IMG/VR virus record: IMGVR_UViG_3300001450_010303
Coordinates: 41,275 to 105,274 of that record
Length of the DNA stretch: 64,000 nt
Strand: one strand, 5' to 3'
From: a virus
Notes under the pieces: generated by a model
The model's database searches: none
The model's input: only the letters and a program-made list of their open reading frames with translations
Told to the model about the DNA's origin: nothing
Program-made: the position numbers and the translations under genes
Shown: positions 1-9,210 of the stretch, one piece after another
Layout: the number at the start of each line of letters is the position of its first letter
Numbering within the stretch: position 1 is the first letter of the stretch

Positions 1-504
1 GGTAGAACAAAAGTAGCAGGTGAGCGTGAATATAGAAACGTTGAAAATCATGTCACCTTTAGGTTAGCTACGGTATTCGGTCCCGGTTCTAGAATGAGAA
101 CCGACCTATTAGTTAATAACTTTGTTCTCAAGGCGCTTAGAGAACGCGTCCTGGTTCTCTACGAATGTGAATTTATGAGAAACTACGGACACCTCCAAGA
201 TGTATGCCGTGCTTTTAAGTGGGCTATTAACAATTGGGAAGTTGTCAAGAATGACACATATAATATGGGTAACGACTCGCTCAATATGAACAAACTTCAA
301 TTAGCACAAAAGATTCAAGAGCATCTTCCGCTAGAAATTATTAAAGCAGAATTCAACACTGATCCAGACACCCGCGATTATACAGTTAGCAGTCAAAAGT
401 TTTATGACACAGGTTTTGAGTGTAAATATGATTTAGACGATGGAATTAAACAGCTTATCACGGCATATAGTATTATTGAATCTCCGTGGTACGCAAATTA
501 CTAG
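1..504 (+). CDS. NAD-dependent sugar epimerase/dehydratase (extended SDR), 5'-truncated by window edge
   Basis: Frame is open from base 1 (GRTKVAGE...FRLATVFGPGSRMRTDLLVN). This is the tail of the YxxxK motif plus the RLATVFG/RMRxDLLVN segment typical of extended SDRs. Confidence 0.8.
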   Translation, partial: GRTKVAGEREYRNVENHVTFRLATVFGPGSRMRTDLLVNNFVLKALRERVLVLYECEFMRNYGHLQDVCRAFKWAINNWEVVKNDTYNMGNDSLNMNKLQLAQKIQEHLPLEIIKAEFNTDPDTRDYTVSSQKFYDTGFECKYDLDDGIKQLITAYSIIESPWYANY

Positions 505-511
505 GAAAATT

Positions 512-2023
512 ATGAGTAAAAAATTAGACGTTTTGTTCGTGCATCCAAATGGTGCTCCTATCATTTATCAAGAATTGTCAAAGACATACTCCGCGATAGA
601 ACCCCCCATTTGGGCAGCTTTATTAGCTAACAATGCCCGGGCAAACGGGTGGAATACCCAGCTAATTGATTGTGAAGCAGAACAACTGAATGCTTCAGAA
701 TCAGCAGAAGTAATAGGATCCTACAACCCAAAATTAGTTGCAATTGTAATCTATGGCCAACAACCATCAGCCTCCACACAAAATATGGCCGGCACCCGAG
801 CGCTCTTGGCAGAGATTCGGGCGTCACATGGCCATCTTAAAACTGTATTAATAGGTTTGCACCCATCAGCTGTATCTCGTCAAACATTATCAGAGGAACA
901 GACTGACTTTGTGTGCCAGGGGGAAGGTGTGCACACGGTTAATGCTTTGTTGAGTATCAATATGAATGATACCTCTCAATTGGCAACTGTGCCGGGTCTA
1001 TGGTATCGAGAAGACGGCAAAATTAGATGTACTAAACCAGCCCCAATTATTGCTCAAGAAGCTTTAGAAAAAGAACTTCCAGGTATGGCGTGGGACTTAT
1101 TGCCTATGGACAAATATCGAACTTCTAACTGGCATGCAATGACGAATGGGAATGATAGAGCGCCGTTTGCTTCTTTATATACTAGTTTGGGTTGCCCATT
1201 TCGTTGTAGCTTCTGCTGTATCAACGCCCCATTCGGAAACAATAATTTAGAGAATTGGGACACCGCCCGCAATAAGTTCAGATATTGGGATCCGGAATAC
1301 ATTATAAAGGAATTCGATCAGTTTCACAAGATGGGGATCCGCAATATAAAAATAGCAGATGAAATGTTCGTCTTATATAAAGATCACTTTATGAGGCTAT
1401 GTGAATTAATACATGAGAGGGGATACGACTTCAACATCTGGGCCTACTCTAGAATAGATACAGTTAAAGAAGAATATTTAGAGACACTCAAAAAAGCAGG
1501 GGTTAATTGGTTAGCTCTAGGAATAGAATCAGGAAACACGGCAGTTAGAAAAGATGTAACAAAGGGAAAATTTACGGATTTAAATATACGTGATTTAGTT
1601 GATAGAGTACAAGACGCTGGTATTAGTGTAATAGGAAATTATATATTTGGGCTACCCGAAGATACGATCGAAACAATGGAAGACACCTTATCTCTATCAA
1701 TGGAATTAAATTGTGAATTTTCAAATTATTATTCGGCCATGGCATACCCTGGATCAAAATTATATTTAGAAGCTTTAAAAGAAGGGTGGGAATTACCTGA
1801 CACCTATGTGGGTTATTCACAACATTCGTATGAAACTCAGCCACTCCCAACTAATCATATCTCAGCAGCCGAAGTATTAAAATTTAGAGATGAATCTTTC
1901 TTAAAATACTATAAAAATCCAAAGTATCTTGATATGATAGAAGAAAGATTTGGAAACAATACTCGTAGTGGTATCGAAGAGATGACTAAAATTAAACTAA
2001 AAAGAAAAATCTTAGGAGATTAA
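512..2023 (+). CDS. Cobalamin-binding radical SAM protein (class B methylase-like)
   Basis: CxxxCxxC motif (GCPFRCSFC) follows an N-terminal B12-binding-like domain (GLHPSA, VCQGEG); also LGIESG and YIFGLPED. Start placed at ATG 512 after the upstream stop. Confidence 0.85.
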   Translation: MSKKLDVLFVHPNGAPIIYQELSKTYSAIEPPIWAALLANNARANGWNTQLIDCEAEQLNASESAEVIGSYNPKLVAIVIYGQQPSASTQNMAGTRALLAEIRASHGHLKTVLIGLHPSAVSRQTLSEEQTDFVCQGEGVHTVNALLSINMNDTSQLATVPGLWYREDGKIRCTKPAPIIAQEALEKELPGMAWDLLPMDKYRTSNWHAMTNGNDRAPFASLYTSLGCPFRCSFCCINAPFGNNNLENWDTARNKFRYWDPEYIIKEFDQFHKMGIRNIKIADEMFVLYKDHFMRLCELIHERGYDFNIWAYSRIDTVKEEYLETLKKAGVNWLALGIESGNTAVRKDVTKGKFTDLNIRDLVDRVQDAGISVIGNYIFGLPEDTIETMEDTLSLSMELNCEFSNYYSAMAYPGSKLYLEALKEGWELPDTYVGYSQHSYETQPLPTNHISAAEVLKFRDESFLKYYKNPKYLDMIEERFGNNTRSGIEEMTKIKLKRKILGD

Positions 2024-2635
2024 GTGCTAACAAAAAAGGAATTAATACAATTTGAGACCAAAATGGCGACATGCTTTGACGACGCCATGATTCGCGCCCC
2101 CGTCCATCTTTACAACGGGAACGAAGATCAAATAATAAAAGTATTCAAGGATAACAATATTGGGCCAGAGGATTGGGTTTTATGTTCTTGGAGAAGCCAC
2201 TATCAATGCTTGCTTAAGGGAGTACCGCAAGATGAGCTTAAGGCGGCAATTTTGCAAGGGCGCTCTATTTCACTTTGTTTTGCAAAATATCGCGTCTTTT
2301 CATCTGGCATTGTAACTGGGGTTCTCCCAATTGCAACGGGGATTGCTCTAGACATCAAACGAAAGGCTGGTAAGAATAAGGTTTATTGTTTTATGGGGGA
2401 AATGACTTCCGAGACGGGTGTTGCTCACGAATGTATTAAATATGCCCGCAATCATGAACTTCCAATTCATTTTATTATTGAAGATAATGGCAAGTCAGTA
2501 TGTACTGACACCCGGGCCACATGGAACCAACAGAAACTTACTTATGAAGATGTTAATGATGAATATATTACATACTACAAATACAAACTAGACAAATATC
2601 CACATGCTGGAGCAGGGAAGAGGGTCCAATTCTAA
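2024..2635 (+). CDS. TPP-dependent enzyme, E1-alpha/transketolase N-terminal-like subunit
   Basis: HLYNGNE, WRSH, degenerate TPP motif GEM..ETG...IIEDN; GTG start after AGGAG. Confidence 0.75.
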   Translation: MLTKKELIQFETKMATCFDDAMIRAPVHLYNGNEDQIIKVFKDNNIGPEDWVLCSWRSHYQCLLKGVPQDELKAAILQGRSISLCFAKYRVFSSGIVTGVLPIATGIALDIKRKAGKNKVYCFMGEMTSETGVAHECIKYARNHELPIHFIIEDNGKSVCTDTRATWNQQKLTYEDVNDEYITYYKYKLDKYPHAGAGKRVQF

Positions 2636-3174
2636 TGGGAAAATATTTTGATGAACTAAAGAGAGCGATGGATTATCTTGGAGAACAAGAAGATACAATG
2701 TTTTTAGGACAAGCAGTTGCCTACAAGGGCACAGCGATGACTAACACCCTATCGGGAGTGCCAAAAGATAAATTATTAGAAATGCCGGTTGATGAAGAGA
2801 TGCAGATGGGTATGACCAATGGTTTAGCTATCAACGGAACAATCCCAATTAGTATATATCCACGATGGAATTTCCTTCTGCTAGCGGTTAATCAGTTGGT
2901 TAATCATCTTGATAGGATGAAAGAGTTTTCTCACGGAGAATACATCCCGAAAGCAATCATCCGCGTCGGCATCGGTTCTGTGCGACCTCTGAATCCCCAA
3001 GTTCAACATACGGGGGATTTCACTCAGATCTTCCGCGGAATGCTGAGGAACACAGAAGTTATCAAATGCGAAGAGCCAGAAGATGTCTTTCCAGCTTACC
3101 ACAAAGCATATAATCGAAGAGATGGGAAAAGTACTATAGTCGTAGAATATGGAGACTATTATGGAGAAAAGTAA
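2635..3174 (+). CDS. TPP-dependent enzyme, E1-beta/transketolase pyrimidine-binding subunit (short)
   Basis: LLEMPVDEEMQMGMTNGLA, NQLVNHLD, QH motif; coupled to the previous gene by TAATG. Confidence 0.75.
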   Translation: MGKYFDELKRAMDYLGEQEDTMFLGQAVAYKGTAMTNTLSGVPKDKLLEMPVDEEMQMGMTNGLAINGTIPISIYPRWNFLLLAVNQLVNHLDRMKEFSHGEYIPKAIIRVGIGSVRPLNPQVQHTGDFTQIFRGMLRNTEVIKCEEPEDVFPAYHKAYNRRDGKSTIVVEYGDYYGEK

Positions 3175-4120
3175 TCTTAAGGTCTTGTTCATAACAGAGA
3201 AATATTGTGATGCGGATCCACAAAAAGGTTTGACTAATAATTATCATAACTTGTTTAGAACTTTTAAGAATGTACTCCCAGAAGCAAATTTTAGTATCAT
3301 TCATATAGATGAATATTCTATAGTCAAGAAAAAACACATCGATAGTTTTATACCAACTGCTGTAGATAAGGTTTCACCGGATGTAGTTATTTTTTCGCTA
3401 CTTGGAAAATCACACCTGAATCCGACTGATGACAGCTATGAATATATTAAGAGTAAGGGCTGCAAAACAGTATTCATGTGGCCGGATGTGTTTGCAGGGT
3501 GGGGAATCCCAGAGATTGAGGAAATGAATGAGAAGGGTTTCGCTGATTTACATGTGTGTTGGGGATCTGAAAGAAATACTAATAAACAATACGATAATTT
3601 AATTTGGCTCTGGGCTCCTCAAGACGAAACTCTTTACCACCCAATCGATTCATCCGAAAAAAGTATAAATACTAGTTTCTTGGGCAGCCCAAGATATGAA
3701 GAGAGACAAAGATATCTAACTCATTTGATAACTAATAAAATTCAAGTACATATAGGCGGAGGCCAAAGAGAGGAGGGCTTATCGGCAGCCAGATATGCTG
3801 AATTAATGAGACATAGCAAAATTAGTTTGAACTTTCCAGGAGGTCCAGAGGGCAATGACCAATGCAAAGGAAGGGTCTGGGAAGTTTTGGCAACAAAGTC
3901 TCTTTTGTTGGAAAGAACAAACGATGCAATAAAAAACTATCTAATACCAAATGTACATTACGTCGAATTTGACAACGAGCAAGATCTAATAGAGAAAATT
4001 AAGTATTACTTGGAAAACGAAAAAGAAAGGGAATACATCGCTCAAAAAGGCTATGAGATATATAAGGACAAATATAATGCAGAAGTATTCTGGAACACAA
4101 TTATGGAGAAGTTAGGATGA
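3161..4120 (+). CDS. Glycosyltransferase, GT-B fold (CgeB/YkvP, Glyco_trans_1_2-like)
   Basis: SFLGS..Y.ER, SKISLNF, KGRVWE, LIEKIKYYL.NEKERE.IAQKGY; GGAGA SD before ATG 3161. Confidence 0.75.
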   Translation: MEKSNLKVLFITEKYCDADPQKGLTNNYHNLFRTFKNVLPEANFSIIHIDEYSIVKKKHIDSFIPTAVDKVSPDVVIFSLLGKSHLNPTDDSYEYIKSKGCKTVFMWPDVFAGWGIPEIEEMNEKGFADLHVCWGSERNTNKQYDNLIWLWAPQDETLYHPIDSSEKSINTSFLGSPRYEERQRYLTHLITNKIQVHIGGGQREEGLSAARYAELMRHSKISLNFPGGPEGNDQCKGRVWEVLATKSLLLERTNDAIKNYLIPNVHYVEFDNEQDLIEKIKYYLENEKEREYIAQKGYEIYKDKYNAEVFWNTIMEKLG

Positions 4121-4956
4121 GTTATAAATATGATGTATCCATTCTCATGCCAGCAATCAGAACACACCAATGGTTGATGTTATATGGAAGCTTATACAAC
4201 GCATGTAGAGAGCATTCATGGGAGTTGGTTTTGGTGAGTCCGTTTGACTTACCACCGGAGATGACACATTTTGATAATGTTAAGTTAATTAAAGACTATG
4301 GCGCCCCCACCCGAGCGGCACAAATTGGTGCTATACAGTGTGAAGGCGAATTTATGTATCACTGTGTTGATGACGCAATCTTTTTACCGGATGTGATCGA
4401 TGGCGCTATAAAATTCCTAAGAGAACAAAACAATAAAAAACTTGTTGTCAATATGAGATATAGAGAAGGCGCCCAATACGGCGGTGGCACTTTACCAGGA
4501 CAATTTTGGCTAGCCCACTATCACGAAGAATTAAGGTTAGCCGGCATTCCAAAAGATTACAAGATTTCGTGCCACCACTTTATGAGAATGGATTATTTTA
4601 AAGAGTTAGGCGGTTGGGACTGCAAATATGAATATATTAATCACCCATTGCATGACCTTATGTTTAGGGTACAAGCCGACGGTGGCCGCCTGGTTGATTC
4701 GCCCATGGATGCAACAACCTGCAACCACTATATTAACAAGACCGGCGATCACGCCCCAATTTATGATGCACAAACCTTTAGTGACAAACCAGTGTTTGAT
4801 GCAATTTACTCTCAACCCGGCAATGCCGCCGCCAGTAGAATACATATTGATTTAAATAATTGGCAACAGTCCTCTCCTATATGGAAACGTAGATTCAAAT
4901 ATGATGAAGAAGGTAACTTGCCTGAAAGTTATGATGACTTAGGATATAACAAATGA
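4117..4956 (+). CDS. GT-A (GT2-like) glycosyltransferase, paralog 1
   Basis: VSILMPAIR start, DD motif, ELGGWD...HDL..R; clearly homologous to the ORFs at 7646 and 8434. Confidence 0.7.
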   Translation: MSYKYDVSILMPAIRTHQWLMLYGSLYNACREHSWELVLVSPFDLPPEMTHFDNVKLIKDYGAPTRAAQIGAIQCEGEFMYHCVDDAIFLPDVIDGAIKFLREQNNKKLVVNMRYREGAQYGGGTLPGQFWLAHYHEELRLAGIPKDYKISCHHFMRMDYFKELGGWDCKYEYINHPLHDLMFRVQADGGRLVDSPMDATTCNHYINKTGDHAPIYDAQTFSDKPVFDAIYSQPGNAAASRIHIDLNNWQQSSPIWKRRFKYDEEGNLPESYDDLGYNK

Positions 4957-5738
4957 AAGTAGGAATTGTTGGAGTAGGCGTAGTCGGCGCCGCTTGCAAA
5001 TTTGGATTTGAATTGGTTGGACATAACGTTTCAATCCACGATATAATTTATGATACGACACTAACAGATGTACTAGACACAGAAATCGTCTATATATGCG
5101 TTCCTACCCCTCAAGCAGAGGATGGAGCATGTGACGTCAGTATAGTCCGCGAAGTCGTTCTAGAGCTAAAAGAACGCGGCTATAATGGTATTGTAGCCCT
5201 CAAGTCGACGGTTGTGCCTGGAACCACTCAATCGCTGCGAGAAGAAACGGGCCTGAATGTCTGTTTCGTACCAGAGTTTTTGCGAGAGCGCTGCGCCATC
5301 ACTGACTTCACAGAGAACCATGATGTTTGTATAATAGGCTGCAGCGACGATAAAACATATGAGCTTATTAAAAGCTGTCATGAGCCGCTACCAGAAAAGT
5401 TTGTTAAACTGACACATGCGGAAGCAGAATTTTGTAAGTATTTCAACAATGTATACAATGCGATGTTGATTATTTTTGCTAATAGTTTTTATGAGGCCTG
5501 TAAGAATAATGGTGTTAATTATACGAATGTTAAAAACGCTGTGTCAAATAGAAAGCATATCCACGGCCATTACCTTGAGTGTAATGACAACTTCCGCGGT
5601 TTTGGCGGCATGTGTTTGCCAAAAGATGTGTCAGCAATGGCAAAACTAATGGAAAGTACCACTGTTGATTTCTTCGAAGATCTTTTAGACGAAAATAGCA
5701 AATATAACATTACAGTGTTTGAAGGAATGAGAAAATGA
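4953..5738 (+). CDS. ugd: UDP-glucose/GDP-mannose 6-dehydrogenase (short form)
   Basis: GVGVVG Rossmann motif, ICVPTP, KSTVVPGTT, PEFLRE, catalytic GFGGMCLPKD. Confidence 0.85.
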   Translation: MKVGIVGVGVVGAACKFGFELVGHNVSIHDIIYDTTLTDVLDTEIVYICVPTPQAEDGACDVSIVREVVLELKERGYNGIVALKSTVVPGTTQSLREETGLNVCFVPEFLRERCAITDFTENHDVCIIGCSDDKTYELIKSCHEPLPEKFVKLTHAEAEFCKYFNNVYNAMLIIFANSFYEACKNNGVNYTNVKNAVSNRKHIHGHYLECNDNFRGFGGMCLPKDVSAMAKLMESTTVDFFEDLLDENSKYNITVFEGMRK

Positions 5739-6634
5739 TCTCTAATCGTTATGGGTTTATTTTTATTCACACCCCCAAGACCGGTGGTACATCTGTGCTA
5801 ACAGCCCTTCACGAAGATACAGACAGAGAATGCCACATTCATATGGAACAGGAAGTTTCCGGCGGCATTGCGGCCGTGCTCCCAGGAAAAAAAGATTTTC
5901 CTTGGTGGGGAGCTTGGATTCAACAACAAAGACAGATAGAAGAATACTTTAAACGTAATGGTATAGCTCAACTTTTTCTTGATCCTGCTACGGCAGTTTT
6001 TAGTCACTCTACCACGACGTCCAACGTAGGTGGAGGAAACATCAAACACTTGCCTATTAAATATTGGGCTATGTTATTAGCAGATCAAAGATTACAATCC
6101 TATGGTAGTTTTTTAGAAAATTACGGAATTGTAACCACATGTCGTAACCCTTACAATCGTGAATTTTCAAAGTTTATTTACACGCAGCGACCGGATATCT
6201 TAACTATGATTTCTTATTGTAAACAAAGAGGCTTCTCCAATGAACAAGTTTCGAAAAAACTACAAAGTAATTGGCGCCAGTGGGCTTCTATAAATTTAAG
6301 ATCCACCCCTGATAGCAATAAAACGAATCTGTTCAACACCCAATGTGATTTTTATAGTAGTATAGATAATTCTCCCAATTTGCAATACTTCGGTACTGAC
6401 AAACCTTTTTTTATTCGGCTTGAACACATGGAAGAAGATTATAATAAATTTTGTAAGATGGTAGGAATAAAAAGAAAAACTACTAAAATGCCACATAATC
6501 TGAATACCTCTGGTGAATTTAAAGAATATTTGCCTGACAATATATTAGAGTGGTATGTGGGAGAACCATTCAACTTAATTCACGAGTCTCGAAAAGAAGA
6601 TTTTGAGTTGTTACCATATGAAAAGGAGGTTTAA
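5735..6634 (+). CDS. Sulfotransferase family 2 protein
   Basis: 5'-PSB motif FIHTPKTGGTS, 3'-PB motif RNPYNREFS, IRLEHMEED, C-terminal EDFELLPY. Confidence 0.75.
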   Translation: MISNRYGFIFIHTPKTGGTSVLTALHEDTDRECHIHMEQEVSGGIAAVLPGKKDFPWWGAWIQQQRQIEEYFKRNGIAQLFLDPATAVFSHSTTTSNVGGGNIKHLPIKYWAMLLADQRLQSYGSFLENYGIVTTCRNPYNREFSKFIYTQRPDILTMISYCKQRGFSNEQVSKKLQSNWRQWASINLRSTPDSNKTNLFNTQCDFYSSIDNSPNLQYFGTDKPFFIRLEHMEEDYNKFCKMVGIKRKTTKMPHNLNTSGEFKEYLPDNILEWYVGEPFNLIHESRKEDFELLPYEKEV

Positions 6635-6635
6635 A

Positions 6636-7649
6636 ATGAAAAAGGTTTTAATTACAGGTAGCCAAGGTTTTATTGGCTCATATCTATGTACCGAATATTT
6701 GGACAAGGGGTATCAAGTTGTCGGCATTGATAACTTTTCAAAATACGGCCCAATCTCCCGCCCCCATGATAACCATGTAAATTTCGAACTAATTGAGATG
6801 GACATAATCGATGTAAAAACATCAGAGATTCCACCGACTCTAAAAGATGTAGATTACATTATTGCGGGTGCTGCTATGATCGGTGGTATTACATACTTTC
6901 ACAAATATGCTTATGATCTGTTGGCAACAAATGAAAGAATTTTAGCCTCTACATTTGATCTAGCGATAAAGCTCAACAAATTTCATAGTTTGAGACGAAT
7001 CGTAGTATTGTCTAGTAGCATGGTTTTTGAGAATACAACTGTATATCCAACTCCAGAGAGTGAAATTAAGACATGTGCCCCACCGCTAAGTACATACGGG
7101 TTTCAAAAATTAGCCGTTGAATATTTTTGTAAAGGAGCCTACGAACAATACAAGCTACCTTATACAATAATACGTCCTTTTAATTGTGTTGGTGTTGGAG
7201 AGGAAGACGCCATTGGAGAACATGAAGTTAAATCTGGAAACATTAAACTCATGATGAGTCATGTCCTGCCGGATATCGTTAATAAAATTATGAAGGGACA
7301 AGACCCTTTACATATCCTTGGTTCAGGCGAACAGATACGCTGTTACACAAATGGAAAAGACATCGCCCGAGGAATACGGATGTGCATGGAAAGTTCAGCC
7401 GCGATAAACGAGGATTTCAATATCTCAATATCTCAGCCAACATCAGTAATAGAGTTAGCTAAGGTAGTATGGGGTATTTTAAACCCAGGAAAAGAATTCA
7501 CGTTTGTTTCTGATAAAGCATATGAATATGATGTGCAAAGGCGTATTCCAAATACTAATAAGGCAAAAGAAATGTTAGGGTTCGAGGCACAGATTGGTCT
7601 GATAGAATCTGTGCGAGAGGTTATAGAATATATGAGAGGTAAAACGTGA
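6636..7649 (+). CDS. NAD-dependent epimerase/dehydratase (UDP-glucuronate decarboxylase-like)
   Basis: TGSQGFIG, SSS, YGFQK, RPFN..G, GSGEQIRC; AAGGAGG SD before ATG 6636. Confidence 0.8.
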   Translation: MKKVLITGSQGFIGSYLCTEYLDKGYQVVGIDNFSKYGPISRPHDNHVNFELIEMDIIDVKTSEIPPTLKDVDYIIAGAAMIGGITYFHKYAYDLLATNERILASTFDLAIKLNKFHSLRRIVVLSSSMVFENTTVYPTPESEIKTCAPPLSTYGFQKLAVEYFCKGAYEQYKLPYTIIRPFNCVGVGEEDAIGEHEVKSGNIKLMMSHVLPDIVNKIMKGQDPLHILGSGEQIRCYTNGKDIARGIRMCMESSAAINEDFNISISQPTSVIELAKVVWGILNPGKEFTFVSDKAYEYDVQRRIPNTNKAKEMLGFEAQIGLIESVREVIEYMRGKT

Positions 7650-8434
7650 AAAAACCAGAGATATCACTTATATTACCGAGCATCAGAACAGAACGATTAC
7701 CAAAATTATATGAATCAATCCTTAGTTCAACCAGTCGCGACTTCGAGTTAATAGTATGCGGCCCTAATCCATTACCAGAGGAGTTAAAAGAAGAAAAAAA
7801 TGTCAAATACGTAAAGGATTATGGCTCACCAGTCCGTGCATCTAATATAGCTGCTTCTCTATGCGAAGGAGAAATATATACTTGGTTGGCAGATGACTGT
7901 CTATTTTTTGAAAATTCACTTGACACATGTATAGAAGCATATTATAATATGGGTGCGGCTAAAAACAACGTCCTCGTTGCAAAGTATTTCGAAGGACAAA
8001 ACGGCTCCCTCGAACGGAGTACGTTACAGCCAGATAGCTATTTTAGAATTAATGGAACCCCCGCAGCTTCAGAACACATTCCAAATGACTGGTGGTTATT
8101 TAATATAGCTTTTATGAGATCTAATTTTTTTAATGAACTGGGTGGATGGGATTGTTCGTACGAGGGAACATGGGCCTCCCATGCTGACATGGCCATTAGA
8201 GCCCAATATCTTGGCGCCAACGTCAAGATGGCAGATATCCCATTATTTGAGTGTGACCACATGCCTGGCGGCACCGGAGACCACATGCCAATCTTTATTT
8301 GCCAACATGAACATGACGAGCCATTACTACAACAAAGATACAGAGATCCAAACTGGACTGTTAATATAAATCCAAAACTTAAACTAGAAAACTGGAAAAA
8401 CGCACCTGCAGTGTGGAAGAGGAGATTCAAATAA
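7646..8434 (+). CDS. GT-A (GT2-like) glycosyltransferase, paralog 2
   Basis: ISLILPSIR, KDYGSP, ADD, ELGGWDC, GDHMPI, VWKRRF. Confidence 0.7.
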   Translation: MKKPEISLILPSIRTERLPKLYESILSSTSRDFELIVCGPNPLPEELKEEKNVKYVKDYGSPVRASNIAASLCEGEIYTWLADDCLFFENSLDTCIEAYYNMGAAKNNVLVAKYFEGQNGSLERSTLQPDSYFRINGTPAASEHIPNDWWLFNIAFMRSNFFNELGGWDCSYEGTWASHADMAIRAQYLGANVKMADIPLFECDHMPGGTGDHMPIFICQHEHDEPLLQQRYRDPNWTVNINPKLKLENWKNAPAVWKRRFK

Positions 8435-9210
8435 TGCATTACGACCTATCAATTTGCTTACCTGCCCACAGAACACATCTATGGAAAAGGTTATATGATA
8501 CTGCAGCTGAAGCTGTTGGCCCAAATCATACTTGGGAAATGATCTTAGTTGGCCCCAATGAACCACCAGAAGAGCTAGCTAAGAAGAATAACTTTAAATT
8601 TTTTAAAGATTACGGTACTCCATCTCGTTGCGCTCAAATAGCAACAACTTTAGCTGAAGGAGAACTAATGATGTGGGGCTCGGATGATGGATATTTTCTT
8701 AAGGATTCAATTGGTGAATGTATTGAAATACATAAAAATCTACCATTTAAGGATGCGATAATTATAAAATATGCAGAAGGTCGTGATATTAGCGGAAAAT
8801 GTCCCGAAGATAGCTATTGGACTGCTTGGACTCACCCGGACTTACGTTTGCCAGGAGTTCCAAAAGACTATAAAATAACTCTTTTAGCAATGTATAAATT
8901 AGAATATTTTAGAGAATTAGGTGGCTGGGATTGTAGGTTTGAACATTTAAATATGAATACACATGATTTATCCTTCAGGGCTCAGCGAAATGGAAGTAAA
9001 ATACACTTCTCTCCAAACCTCGTCCTAACATGTGATTGGAACCCAAATGAGGGCGACCATATACCAGTACAACAAGCTTATCATGCCAATGACGCACCCC
9101 TGTTTAGGAATATGTATATGCAAGATCAATCGGAAAGAATCAAAATTGATTACTTTAATTGGGCTAAAAGCCCACCGGTTTGGAAAAGAAGATTCGGAGA
9201 AGAAAAATGA
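8434..9210 (+). CDS. GT-A (GT2-like) glycosyltransferase, paralog 3
   Basis: LSICLPAHR, KDYGTP, SDD, ELGGWDC, GDHIPV, VWKRRF; TAATG coupling. Confidence 0.7.
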   Translation: MHYDLSICLPAHRTHLWKRLYDTAAEAVGPNHTWEMILVGPNEPPEELAKKNNFKFFKDYGTPSRCAQIATTLAEGELMMWGSDDGYFLKDSIGECIEIHKNLPFKDAIIIKYAEGRDISGKCPEDSYWTAWTHPDLRLPGVPKDYKITLLAMYKLEYFRELGGWDCRFEHLNMNTHDLSFRAQRNGSKIHFSPNLVLTCDWNPNEGDHIPVQQAYHANDAPLFRNMYMQDQSERIKIDYFNWAKSPPVWKRRFGEEK

